Assembly: GCA_013265495.1 (NCBI GenBank) | Contig: MU057865.1 | Coordinates: forward strand, 930,001 to 994,000 | DNA length: 64,000 nucleotides | Source: Vicugna vicugna | Taxonomy: Eukaryota | Direction: 5' to 3' | Shown: positions 49,758 through 62,490 of the stretch, piece after piece | Layout of the letters: each line of letters begins with the position of its first letter | Position numbering within the stretch: position 1 is the stretch's first letter | The notes under the pieces: generated by a model | Databases searched by the model: none | Told to the model about the DNA's origin: nothing | What the model saw: the letters and a program-made list of their open reading frames with translations, nothing else | Position numbers and translations under genes: made by a program

Positions 49758-51445
49758 GGCTTACTAGCAGGATTTACTCTTTTAACTCAAGTTTAGATTC
49801 AAGTGATTCTTCCATGGCTCCTTTGGGTCTTTGGGCCTCTCTCCAGGCCTCTCAGCCCTTTCTCTCAGATCTTTTACTGAGTCTCACCTCTTCCTCTGAC
49901 AAGATCAAAAAATCCCAGATTGCTCTTTAATTTTTCAACTGTGATTGGTTATTTTTCTTTCCTTTTGGGGGTGAGGATGTGTGAATGTGAGGGGATCATT
50001 CTAACACTCTCCTTATTGGATACTTTTCTCTTTAAATACCATAGACACAGATTACTTATTGTTTCAGCTTTTAGATATACCTGAAAACCATGCTTCTTAC
50101 TTTAAACCCCACAAAAATTTAATTTTATGTTCAATAATCAAATTGTTACAGAATTTAGTGCAAAAATGAATCCAGGTTTCAATTTTCTTCATTATGAGGC
50201 CTTATAAGCCCCCTCCATGGAAAAATATATTACATCAAGAAGGGGGGGGTCCTTCAATCACCTTGACCCAAATTCCAGAGTAAGGAGAAGAGAGAGGCGT
50301 GTGAAGACGGAGCTTCAGGGGATCACAAAACGTCCAATAGGCAGAGGAAGTCTTTTAGGACGACTGAAGATCTCTCACCTCACATGCACAGAGGGTTAGG
50401 GCCGGAACTGGAGAGGGAGAGTATCTTAGCTCTCTAATTACTAGCCCATGGGCCTTTCCTAATGGAGCAAAATAGACTCCCCCAGGTTCCTCACATTTGG
50501 CCCTTTGATCGAGTTTAGTTACAGAAACCTGGATGCTCAGCGCATCCTGAATGTTTGTTTTCATTTAATTTTCAGCCAAGACACTGGACATTGATTTCTC
50601 CTCGCATTTCAATTAAAGTGAATTCTCAATTGTGGACGGGAAAACCAGAGCCAAAATCTTTGCCCTGAGCACAAACCAAAGTAAAATCAAAGCATTTCTG
50701 ACAGTGAGAGTTGTTCAGTTAAATTTGCTTAAAAAAAGGAAAAAAATCATCAAGCAATTGCCCTGCTGAAATGGGTCAGACGTGGAGGCAGAAATCAGAC
50801 GAGAAACTCTCAGTGTGCCGACTTGCGCAGTATAATTTTCACATCAAAGAACTTCGAAATAGGATTTTTGCCAGTATTTTTTTTTTAACTTTTAGCTAGC
50901 TGACTCAAATCCTTTCTGGAAGTAAGCAGGTTATAAATTATAACTACATAAATAAATAAATCTCATGGTAGTATCCGGATATTACCCAGTTCAAGGTTTG
51001 CCCACCGCACCCCCATTCCATCCCGTGGAGGTAGGGTCAGAGCTGGATGGATATACGTGAACAACCCTGCAAAGGAAGAACTTCCTGGAAAAAGGACCGT
51101 CTGTACAGTGACTGGAAGGTTTTGAATAGAAGCCTGGGGACCTCTGTTATACTGAACGTTCAACGTGAGGAGAGGGTTGAGTGTGTTGAGGAGAGATGAG
51201 ACCCGGGAAGCAAATTCAGATACGTTTGAGAAGGAAGAGCTTCTATGCTGCTGTAAAGACCTTATCCTGAGCACAATGCCATCTTAGAGGCTGGATAATT
51301 CACACTTGGTATAGAGAACGTTTTGTTGCTCACTACCTGGATACCTTTGTATGACCCCTTAATTATCCTGTCATCAGTTTAGATATATATAAATAATGGA
51401 ATTCTGATGAAAACTCTATGTTGTATGGGTGTGACATATTTACCT

Positions 51446-51470
51446 ACACACACACACACACACACACACA
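51446..51470. repeat. (CA)n microsatellite
   Basis: Direct reading of the sequence. Confidence 0.97.
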
Positions 51471-54400
51471 TATCTTATGAATGAAAATAACAAGTACATT
51501 CCAATACAGCTATAGATTTCAATTCCTAATATTTATCTGTAATAGAAACATCTCTGTCACATCTAAGCTTTCCAGTTGGACCTGTCACCATACGGTCCCA
51601 CTTACTCTATCTATGCGATGTATCCTAAAGTTTCTTGGGCTTTTGTTTTCCCTCAGTTTGTGCCTACTCTCTGCAACCGTTCTGACTCCACAACATCTAT
51701 TAAAGTGATTCCAGCATAAACCCTCCCTCTTTCAAGAAATTTTTCGTGCATCTGCACAATAAATCTAGAATCAAATCTCCTCATATCCCCAGAGTATAGT
51801 GATGCTCTTTGTATCTATTCCGTCTTCACTTAGAGCTCTTTGTGAGACAGTATTTCTTACTAGAGTGTCAGCTACTACAGGAGAGTTCCATGCTCATGTT
51901 TGGTATTTTCTCATCCACTTTCCCTAGTAACTCCAAAATGTTTTGCACATGGAAGTTGTTCAATAGTACTTTGTTAAATAGCATTGAATGTAGAATTCTG
52001 ATCACTTGGTAGAGAAGGCTATGGTGTTAATTATCAGTGCTTAAATATATGAAGGGCTTCACTGAAATTAATTTTCATGCCATAAAGAGGAAAATCAAAT
52101 AGTGGCTATGGGGGCAAGGAAGAAATTCTCAGTAGGTTGTAATAGGCAGAGTGGGTGCAGATTATTTTCTGGATAATTCTGAAAAGCCTATCCCCATTTT
52201 ATGAACCAATCACCCTGCACTTCCTTGTCACACCCCATCTTCCTTGTGAAATGTGAATTGGCACTAGGTAGTGAGCACGTTTAGTTCTAAGTGGGAAATC
52301 TCAGGACCGCGCTTCTAGGACCAAGTCTTCCCTCTTCATTAGTTTTAACTCCGGCAGGGAACAGCCTCTTGAGCTACCGTGTCCTCTTCCATGAAAAGGG
52401 AAAAAGAATGCCTGTGCTTTCCATTTGGTAGGGCTGTTTAAAAAAAAATCAATAGAGATAAAATATTTAATTACAAATTTTATTCCATCCAATTTTTTTA
52501 TGAATATGTAGTGGAGATGAATCCACCATAAATAATTACGTGCATGTTATTTTCTGTGTGTAAAAATTTGTTCTCCTCTTTTATGTGATTAACTCTGATT
52601 TTCCTTATAAAACGCAGCACAGGGATCATCTCTTCTAGGAAGACTTCGTAGATGCCCACACTTGCTGTGTGCTCTGCCATCGCCCTCCGAGTGCTGGATC
52701 ATAATTCTTAATTTAATTTTCAGTCTCCATTCTGGTGATGCAAAAACTTTGATTGCAGGGACTAGAACCCACATAATCATTATATCTTCAGCATACTGGT
52801 GTCCTCTGAATGTTTATTGGCTAAATAAACTTTGAATGACCTCTCAGACTTGATCCAATCCTCTATGAGTTGGGAACAGCAGTCTCCCAGTTTGCAATTT
52901 TGTGAAAACTGTGACCCTGTTTCATAAAACTGCGGGTAGTGAGCCTTGAATCTGGGGTCTGGTAGAGAGCCCAATGCATATTTATGAGGCCGTCTTACCT
53001 CCAGAAGGTTTTACTTTCTCTATTTTGTTCTACAGACACTTCACAGAAACTTCATTTTCTCAGGAATGATAGTGACAAAAGAAGCTTGGAGAGAGAGACT
53101 GCTTTGTAAAAAGACATGCTTCACTTGGTCATTTATTTTTCTTAAATTTCTCCCTAATCCTGTTTCAATATGCTAATCTCCCTGGTTTCTTCATTAAGCC
53201 TGCTTTAGAATTGTTTTATATACAATAACCTCCCACTCTGGAGAGGCGACTAAACTTTAATGGTTGCCTAAGGTCCTCCTGCATCAATGTATTCAAAAAC
53301 ACAGAAATATGGGAATGAAGCGACCATAAAGATAAAATACATTATTAAATGGCATTATTGTCATTCTTATTATTCTCTCATCAAACAAGGAGATGAAGAG
53401 CTGAATCGCACACCATATGGTAATTGCTTGGAAGATAACCACAACTTACGGTCACACCTTCAGCATCCAATGACATTGTTTGCTGCATCTCAGGTGCCAG
53501 TGTGGCTGAGGGCCAGCCCAGGAAAGATGAACTGGCAGAGAGAGAATGACAGACGTTAGGCATAAGTACTTTTCATGTCAAGCCTTTGGCATGTTCATTG
53601 TCGAAAAAATCTGTTCTCAGAAATGCTTTCCAAAATACGCAAGTTATGCTATGAAGGCATATGATAACTTCTGCCATCCAGGAATATGTTAATATAAACC
53701 ATCCTGGGAGATGCCAAATCATAGTCAAGATAATGGGTGATTCCAGATGTCTGTCCAATCCTATTTCTACTTCACAAGGGAAGTTCAGAAATTCAAAAAA
53801 AAAAAAGTTTACGTGGAATTTTTCAGTGTGTGATGACTTTCAGCAGTCAGTTTTGAAAGAGATAAAGAGCAATTGAACCTTTACATTTTAGTATCTTATA
53901 TTTCCCAGAAGTAAGAGGGTAAATTTTTTCAAAGATACTGAAGGTGAGATTCCTATTTTGGATGATTTAAAAAATACCTTAGTTTGAATATTGTTGTTTA
54001 GCTTACTAAATGTTATTTCATACATTATGTTATTTTATTAAATCTTGGAACATCGTCCATTGTCTACTTTCCAGATAAAACATCTCAAAGAAGCAGAAAT
54101 GACTTGTCCAATGTTACTCAACTGGATTTTCAGAGGAGCAGAACCCAAATCTATTTCCTGTATTGAACTCAGATACTCCCCAGCAACTTTGGCTGTGTCA
54201 ATGAATTCTCATTTATTATCATTTTCTCCTTGGCACCAGTTTGGTAGCTCCAATATTGTTAGAGTTGAGACTCTAACAAATGGTATGCCCTTTATGAATT
54301 ATAAAATGTATTTGTGGGCTCATGCCATATCTGCTTGATTGCTAAAAAAAATGGTAAGAATGAATATCCCATATTTCAAAAGTAAAGAGGTTTAACTCTG

Positions 54401-54915
54401 TAGAAAGGCTCAAAGGCATCAAACATGCCTATCACACAACTATTTCTCCAGCTGGTATCTTTGACTTAGCTCACATGCCTGCCTCAAAAGAATCAGCAAA
54501 TCAAATTCTCTTTTCTACAGTGAGCTAGCCTTTCAAGATGTAACAGAACCTTAAACGCAGAAATACTCTTGGAATTTTTTCAGAACAGTAGAAACCTCAA
54601 TCCAAAAGCACAGCTGAGGATTCATGGAGTGTTTTTATTTATCCAAACTTATCCTTGGAAAACACTGTTGTGGAACGATCATCATAATATCTTGGGCATA
54701 AAATTTTTCTTATATATAAATGTTTACTTCTTTCATGGCTCTTGTCTTGTTATACACACACACAAACACACATTTAGCCCTCTAATTGTATTTTATGAAT
54801 CTTTTACTATATCCTGGAGATTGGAGCTTTCCTAATAAGGAAAGAAAAAAATATCCCTTATACTGAAGGCATTTATTGACTTCCCAATGTGACCTCAGCC
54901 CTGGCCTGGACACGG

Positions 54916-55569
54916 TGGGGGTTAGGAAAATAATAAAAAATGCTTCTTAAGGATTGTGCACTTCAGCAGGAGAATCAAGTCATACTTAAAAGAAATGACA
55001 CATGTGCACATGCTCAGCAGGCCACTACAGGTGTTTTAATAAGTAACAGAGAACAGCAGATTCTCCGGGGCATATGCACATGTGCTAGTGGGTACACACA
55101 GGCACCTGTAGCTCCAGACAAATCACTGAAGCCAGACACACGTCACCCTCCAGTTGCCTGGCCTTTAGATTTGCAGGAGCCACTCAGTGGCCATTTGCCC
55201 AGTGCACAGCGAAGTCCAGGGGACCGGTGGCCCGAAGTGTCCCAGACCAGCCTTGTGCTCCTCCTTTGGGCTTTGTTATGGGCTGAATTGTGTCCGCAAC
55301 ATTTATATGTTGAAGCTCTAGCCCCAGTGTGGCTGTCAATCATCCCAACTCCAACAGGTCAAATCTACTCTTTACTCTCAAGAAGGACTCCATCCCTCCT
55401 TAGGTTCTTTCCTACTTTACTCCTGAGACTAACTCCTTCTCTCTGCATAAACAGACCCCCTTCTTGGGCAAGTGGTAACGCAGCCACTGTTGGGAGATTA
55501 TCCCCTTATTCTCTCACCAGGGGTTCCCCAACTCTCGTGAGATTTGCCCCATTAATATCATTTTTAACA
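54916..55569 (+). mobile_element. Probable solo LTR (ERV1-like) containing a short MLT1 5' terminus
   Basis: TG...CA ends (tgggggttagg...ttttaaca); near-TSD ACGG/ACTG; TATA-like gcataaa near 55445; MLT1-like tgttatgggctgaattgtgtcc at about 55274-55335. Confidence 0.6.
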
Positions 55570-55782
55570 ACTGTATTAAAGAATATATATTGTGTGTGAA
55601 CAGATTGGCAAAGGGAAGGGCAAAGGTGAAATGATGGGAAAATGCTTTTGGATCACTTACCAAGTTTCAATTTACTTCTTGATATGTCTGCAGAATCATA
55701 GCTAAAATTGCAGTAAAGGGTATTGAGAGAAGAGAGAGAGAAGAGAAAGTCATCTATTATATAAGTTACAAAACTGTCACAA

Positions 55783-58553
55783 GATATCTTTCCATCCGTT
55801 TGTGTCATCAGTTTATTTCATCAGAGTCACAGTTTTCAGAGTAGAGGTCTTTGTCTCCTTAGGTAGGATTATTCCTAGGTATTCTTTTTCATGCAATGGT
55901 AAATGGCATGGTTTTCTTAATTTCTCTTTCTGATATTTTGTTGTGAGTGTTAGTGCAACAGATTTCTGTGTATATTAATTTTGTGTCCTGCAACTTGCCA
56001 AGTTCATTGATGATCTGTAGTAGTGTTCTGGTGGCATCTTTAGGATTTTCTATGTATAGTATGTCATCTGCAAACAGTGATAGCTTGATTACCTCTTTTC
56101 CAATTTGGATTATTTCTGGTTCTTTTTATTCTCTGATTGCTGTGGCTAGGACTTCCAAAACTATGTAGAATAAAAGTGGCAAGAGTGAGCATCCTCGTCT
56201 TGTTCCTGATCTTAGAGGAAATGCTTTCAGCTTTTCACCATTGAGTATGATGTTAACTGTGGGTTTGTCATTTATGTCCTTTACTGTACAGAGTTATGCT
56301 CCCTCTATGCCCACTTAATGGAGAATTTATATCATAAATAGATGGTGAATTTTATCAAGAGCTTTTTCTGAATCTATTGAGATGATCATATGGTTTTTAG
56401 CCTTCAGTTTGTTAAGGTGGTGCATCACACTGATTGATGTGTGGATATTGAAAAGTGGCTGGGATAAATGTCTGATCCTTTTAATATATTGCTGGGTTGA
56501 GTTTGCTAATATTTTGTTGAGGATTTTTGCTTCTGTGTTCATCAGTGATATTGGCCTGTACTTTTTTTGTTTTTTGTTTTTTTAGGTGGTATCTTTGTCT
56601 GGTTTTGGTATCAGGGTGATGATGGACTCATAGAATGAGTTTGGAAGTATTCCTTTATATGCAATTTTTTGGAATAATTTCAGAAGGATAGGTGTTTACT
56701 CTTCTTTAAATGTTTGGTAGAACTCACCTGTGAAGCCAGGTGAGTCCTGGACTTTTGTTTATTGGGAGTTTTTAATTACTGATTCTATTACAGTACTGAA
56801 AATTTATCTGTTCATACTTTCTATTTCTTCCTAGTTCAGTCTTGGAAAAATAGATATTGTTCAAATGAACATACTACCCAAGTAAATCTGCAGATTTAAT
56901 GCCCTCCCTATCAAATCACCAATGGCATTTTTCACAGAACTAGAATAAAAAATTAAATTTGTAGGGAAATACAAAAGACCCTAAATAGCCAAAGCAATCT
57001 TGAGAAAAAAGAACAGAGCCAGAAGAATCAGGCTTCCTGATTTCAGGCCATACTACAAAGCTACAGTAATCAAAATGTGTGGTATTGGCCCCAAAACAGA
57101 CATATAGAGCAATGGAACATGAAACAAAGCTCAGAAATAAACCTACACACTTATGGTCAATTAATCTACTATAGAAGAGGCAAAAATATACAATGGGGAA
57201 AAGACAGTCTCTTCAATAAATGGTGCTGGGAAAACTGGACAGCTACCTATAAAAGAATGAAATTAGAACATTCTATAACACTACATACAAAAATTAACTC
57301 AGAATGGATTAAAGACCTAAATGTAAGACAAAATACTATAAAACTCCTAGAGGAAAACATGCAGAACACTCTTTGACATAAATTGCAGTGATATCTTTTT
57401 TTAATCCATCTCCTAGAGTAATAGAAATAAAAACAAAAATTAGCAAATGGGACCTAATTAAACTTACAAACTTTTGCATAACAAAGGAAACCATAAACAA
57501 AATGAAAAGACAACCTACAGAATGGGAGAAGATATTTGTAAATGATGCATGTGACAAGAGACCAATCTACATCATTTTTAAACAGCTCATGCAGCTAACT
57601 CAATATCAAAAAAAAAAAAACCACAAACAACCCAATCAAAAAATGAGCAGAAGGTCTAAATCAACATTTCTTCAAAGAAGACATCCAGATGGCCAACAAG
57701 CACAAGAAAAGATGCTCAATATTGCTAATTACTAGAGAAATGCAAGTCAAAATTACAAGGAAGTATCACCTCATACCAGTCAGAATAACCATCATTAAAA
57801 AGTCTACAAATAATAAATGCTGGAGAGGGTATGGAGAAAAAAGAACCCTCCTACACTGTTGGTGGGAAAGTACATTGGTGCAGCCACTATGGAGAACAGT
57901 ATGGAGGTTCCTTAAAAAACTAAAAATAGGCTTACCATGCAATCCAGCAGTCCCACTGGTAGGCATATATCTGAAGAAAATTATAATTCAAAAAGACACC
58001 TGCACCCCAATATTCATAGCAGCACTGTTTATAATAGCCAAGAGATGGATACAACCTAAATGTCCACCAACAGATTAATGTATAAAGATAATGTGGTATA
58101 TTTACACCATAGACTATTACTCAGCCATGAAAAAGAATGAAACAATGCCATTTGCAGCAACATAGATAGACTTAGAGATTATAATAGTAAATGAAGTTAA
58201 GTCAGAGAGAAGAAGACAAATATCACATAATGACACTTATATGTGGAATCTAAAAGAAGATACAAATTTTATTTACAAACCAGAAGTAGACTTATGGACA
58301 TAGAAAACAAACTATGGTCACCAAAGTGGAAAGGGGAGGAGGGATATATTAGGAGTTTGGGATTAACAGATACACTCTACTATATATAAAATTAACAACA
58401 AGGACCTACTGTATAGCACAGGGAACTCTATTCAATTTCTTGTAATTATAATGGAAAATAATTTGAATATATGTATGGTATGTATTTGTATAAGTGAATC
58501 TCTTTGCTGTACACCTGAAACTAACACTGTAAATCAACTACAGTTCAATAAAC
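55783..58553 (+). mobile_element. L1 (older than the 23 kb and 45 kb copies) with 5' inversion: 55783-56845 antisense RT region; 56842-58553 sense ORF2 C-terminus and 3'UTR
   Basis: Minus peptide [14 protein letters not shown]...[15 protein letters not shown] (RT); plus peptides [15 protein letters not shown] and KWDLIKLTNFC; AATAAA 58547-58552. Confidence 0.93.
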
Positions 58554-58574
58554 ATTCAACATTTTCCTGCAATA

Positions 58575-58899
58575 CAGGCATACCTTATCTAATTGTACTT
58601 TGCTTTTTTTTTTTATTGCACTTCAAAGATACTGCATGTTTTACAAGTCGAAGGTTTGTGGCAAACCTGCCTTGTCAGATGATGGTTAGCCTTTTTTAGC
58701 ATTAAACTGATTTTTAATTGTATGTACAATGATTTTTTTAAGCCATATACTATTGCACAGAATATACTATGGTATAGTGTAAACATAACCTTTATTTGCA
58801 TTTGGGGGGGCAAAAAATTATTGTGACTGGCTTTATTGTGATATTCACTTTATTAAAGTAGTCTGGAACAGAACCCACAGTATCTCCAAGGTGTGCCCG
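58575..58899 (+). mobile_element. Internally deleted Tigger1-derived MITE (Tc1/mariner)
   Basis: TIRs caggcatacct / aggtgtgcccg; TA before and CA after (decayed TA TSD); Tigger1-like gaaggtttgtggcaa and gtctggaacagaacc. Confidence 0.88.
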
Positions 58900-59869
58900 C
58901 ATCACAATGTTGATGTTGTTTTGACTCCCATGGAACCATGTGATGGTTAAGGATGTATTCTGTTATTTATTTGCTTGCTTCATCTTTAAATCCTTGAAAA
59001 CCCCTGACTCAGGGCAGGAGTCATGATGCAGCTCCTCATTAAGCACTTTAAGAAAGAAAGAACTTTTAATTAGGTGGTTCGATAAAAATTCTGACTCATA
59101 ATGGATTATGTAAGCTTTCTGCTCTGCAATAATTCCGACTACTAAGTGAATCCGTTGAGATTAGCTCTCTCTGATAGCCTAATAGATAAATGCGTGCATC
59201 CGAGGAGCACTTCTTTTATCCACTCCTCTAATTCATCTACCCAAACGTGGCAACTCTGAGAACCGTTTTGCAAAAGCTTGACAAGTGCTTATTTACCTCC
59301 CTGTCATATGATTTTATGAACGTAACAGGTATTCCCTCATCTCTCCATTTGTGAAAATCTAAAGGTCCTAATTAGATTTGTTTTTTCTATTTGAATCCCC
59401 AGAATTACCATTTATATAGCATTTTTCATATTTTTTATGAAGGGGTTATATGCTTTCTTTAAAGAATTTGATATACATATGTAAAAGGCATGAATTGGAC
59501 TGGCATGAATGAGTGGGCAAAAATTTTTCCTTGTTTTTCTATAAGTCAAATCTACTTTTGTCTTTCAGTAAACAACATATTCTATTCTATTTCAGGGTAT
59601 CTGGTCCCCCAAATACTCTTTTTTTTTTCCCCCAAAAAAACTTAAATATCCCAGTCATTGATATATTCAAAGCATAGTCACTTCAGTTTAAATACTCTAT
59701 CTTTTGGAATTTATCTACAACCCCTTCCACTGCGACCAGGCCCCAAATCTCAATTTTATTTTTGTTCTACTTTCCAGGGTGATACCAGGCTGGCATCCCC
59801 ACCATGTTCTCTGGAGACAGGCATCCCAGTCCATAATTTTCATATTCCAGCTACACATATGCCAAGTCT

Positions 59870-60560
59870 TTCAGGGAATTTTTCTACATCACACACAATT
59901 ACATGAACTTTGTATTTTTATAATATCACATAATGTACAGTAGTCAAAATTTCTTCTTCCCAAACCATTGTTACCCACTTATCCTCCCACACGAATTTCT
60001 TAATCACCTTATCAACTTCTAAAATAATCCTTCTTAATTTTTATTGAAGTTGCATTGTAGTTATAAATTCATTTGTGAGAACTGGCATCTTTACAACATT
60101 TTATTTTAAGTTTATTTAGGACAAATTTATATCCGTCAGTGAAGCTTTGTAATGTCTTAGATAACTTCAAATTGATTTTTTGTTATTTTTTTTTCCTTTC
60201 AATGTTTTTGTCTACATTGGAAAATATAATTTTACTCTATTTTTGAATCAGTTATTCCTAATTCACACAAATGCAATTATTTTTATATATATTCCATGTT
60301 TGCCCATCATATTTTTTCAATAAGTTATTTTAGCATTTTAAATGATAATTGTATCATCTGAAAGGTGATAAATTTTCCCCCCTCTGATTACTATATGCCA
60401 ATATTTTCTTGTATTCTTGTCACATACATTAGAATTTCAAAAAAATGCTGGTAAATTTTTTTCTCATAAATTTTAATGTAATTGGCTCTAGATATTTACA
60501 ATCACATGTAATATTGGAGGTTAAGTCTAATTGGTGATTCTTAATCACATTACTGAATTA
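59870..60560 (-). mobile_element. Old L1M ORF2 remnant
   Basis: tttattgaagttgcattg...gagaactggcatctttacaa...attagaatttcaa. Confidence 0.65.
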
Positions 60561-61545
60561 CTAGGGGTACTGATTTTAATGTCCTCAAAGTCTTGGGAGT
60601 CACTGGGGTTCAGGTGGGAGTCTATGGGAAGAAAATGTAGTAGTTGGGAATATATGTATGTCTGTTTTTTTGTTGTTTTGTTTTATTTTTAAGGAAGGGA
60701 GTCCTGGTAAATTTTTTTTTTTTGGTTTTATTTTTAAAAAGGGGAGCTCTGACTAGGACTGTGCTTCTTTCTCTTCAGAACTTTTAACAAACAGCCATAA
60801 AGAAATACTTGGTTTGGTAACTAACTCTACAGTTTGCTAGGTAAACAGTGAGGCTTATTAAGTCTATACAAACTACTCACTGGGCACAAAAAGATAAAAC
60901 ACAAAAATTTATTAAAAATTAACTACGGGTCAGACATTATGGTAAACAACATAGCTATCATCAAACATTTGAAAGGTTAGTGTTGACATGTATTCTCCTT
61001 ATTAATCCCTCCCCTCACACGCACACACGAACACGCATGCACACACACATGCTCCTGAGAGGTAGATGCTCCTCCCTTTTTACAAGACACTGAACCAATA
61101 AGATATTATAGTCACTTATACACAGTTACTTAGCTATTAATCCTGGTGTTTGGATGCAGAATCCTGTCATTTTCACTGTGAGATAAGGTTCCTGCCACTG
61201 CACCACATTTGACTTATATGCTAACTATGATATGAATGGCGCTATGGGGCTCCTTGGGACAAAAGAAAAACATTTCAGCTGAGGAAATTCAAGAAGGCTT
61301 CCTCTGTGTGATTTAGAATGCTAAAAATCATTTCAGCAGTAGATATAAGTGGATCATAATCAAGGGCATACTTCTTTTTAAATCATTATAACGTTAGAAT
61401 TCCATTAACATACATTCAGATCAAGAGAATAAGGTTGTGCTTGAGAAGTCCATGTAGAACCTGTAAAATCTGATAAGCAAATCCATCCGGATAAGTACCA
61501 TAGATCTCTGTAACTTCACTGGCCTTCCCTTACACATTTCTGCAA

Positions 61546-61718
61546 GGGGCAGGGTGTAGCTCAAGTGGTAGGGTGGATGCTTAGCAGGCAGAAGGTCCTG
61601 GGTTCAATCCCCAGCACCTCCTCTAAATATGAGTAAACCTAATGACCTGCCCCCTCCACCAAAAGAAAATAATTAAACAGCACAATAATAAATGAGTAAA
61701 ATATTAGAAAATAAATAA
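61546..61718 (+). mobile_element. tRNA-derived SINE (Vic-1-like)
   Basis: ggggcagggtgtagctcaagtggta...ggtcctgggttcaatcccc; exact TSD ATTTCTGCAA at 61536-61545 and 61719-61728. Confidence 0.92.
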
Positions 61719-61858
61719 ATTTCTGCAACATTTATCCTGATTTGTTTCAAATGTTTTACTAAGTAGTGAATCTACTATAAATCTACAGTAAATTCAAGAT
61801 AGTACCTGTTGTGAATCTAAATCCATGGACTCAATATATATATGGAATATAAATTTTA

Positions 61859-61888
61859 CATATATATATGTGTATGTGTGTGTGTGTT

Positions 61889-61938
<50 letters not shown>

Positions 61939-61961
61939 NNNNNNNNNNNNTATATATATAA
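61859..61961. repeat. (TG)n/(TA)n microsatellite containing an assembly gap (12 N at 61939-61950)
   Basis: Direct reading of the sequence. Confidence 0.97.
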
Positions 61962-62239
61962 AATGCTGTCCTCATTCACCATCAGTTTCTAATTACTGAA
62001 AATCCATTTTAGGTCTAAATAAAATCTAGAAGCAGTCTCTAGTGCCATATACTGTGCAAATTGTTCTTGCCTCTTTTCATTACATATGTAGTATCTGTGT
62101 GTAAATGATGATAATGAAGATGTGTAGGAGAATTTAGGCTGCATTATTAGAAATTAGAAAAGTATGATGTCCAGGAAAAAGCTTGCATTTGCTCAACATT
62201 CATAGTTGCTGGCACAACATTTAGATTATCTTATTTAAT

Positions 62240-62490
62240 TCTGGATGATAAAATTTAAGAGTGATATTGACCAACTTTGATGCACAAGCAGGAGTCCCTT
62301 AGTTTGGGGTGGACATAAAACCTTGCCATATGAGTAGTTTAACAAATTTGGCATTTTATACTTTGAGAGAGTCGGGTAGACGACATAGCTGTCTTCAAAC
62401 ATTTGAAAGACTGTCATGTAGCAGAAGAAAAACATGAATTCTGTGTGGCCTAGCAAGGCGTATTAGAGCCAAAGAGTAGAAGTTACAGGG
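62240..62490 (+). mobile_element. L3/CR1 LINE 3' remnant
   Basis: atagctgtcttcaaacatttgaaagactgtcatg...agaagttacaggg resembles the CR1/L3 ORF2 end. Confidence 0.65.

Noticed and set aside
54940..55599. 219-aa ORF, the longest in the window
   Set aside because: No recognisable domain; lies almost wholly within an LTR-like repeat and crosses an MLT1 fragment; consistent with a chance ORF
61546..61620. tRNA-like sequences here and at 38450-38523 and 49580-49655
   Set aside because: SINE heads with A-rich tails (two with TSDs), not functional tRNA genes
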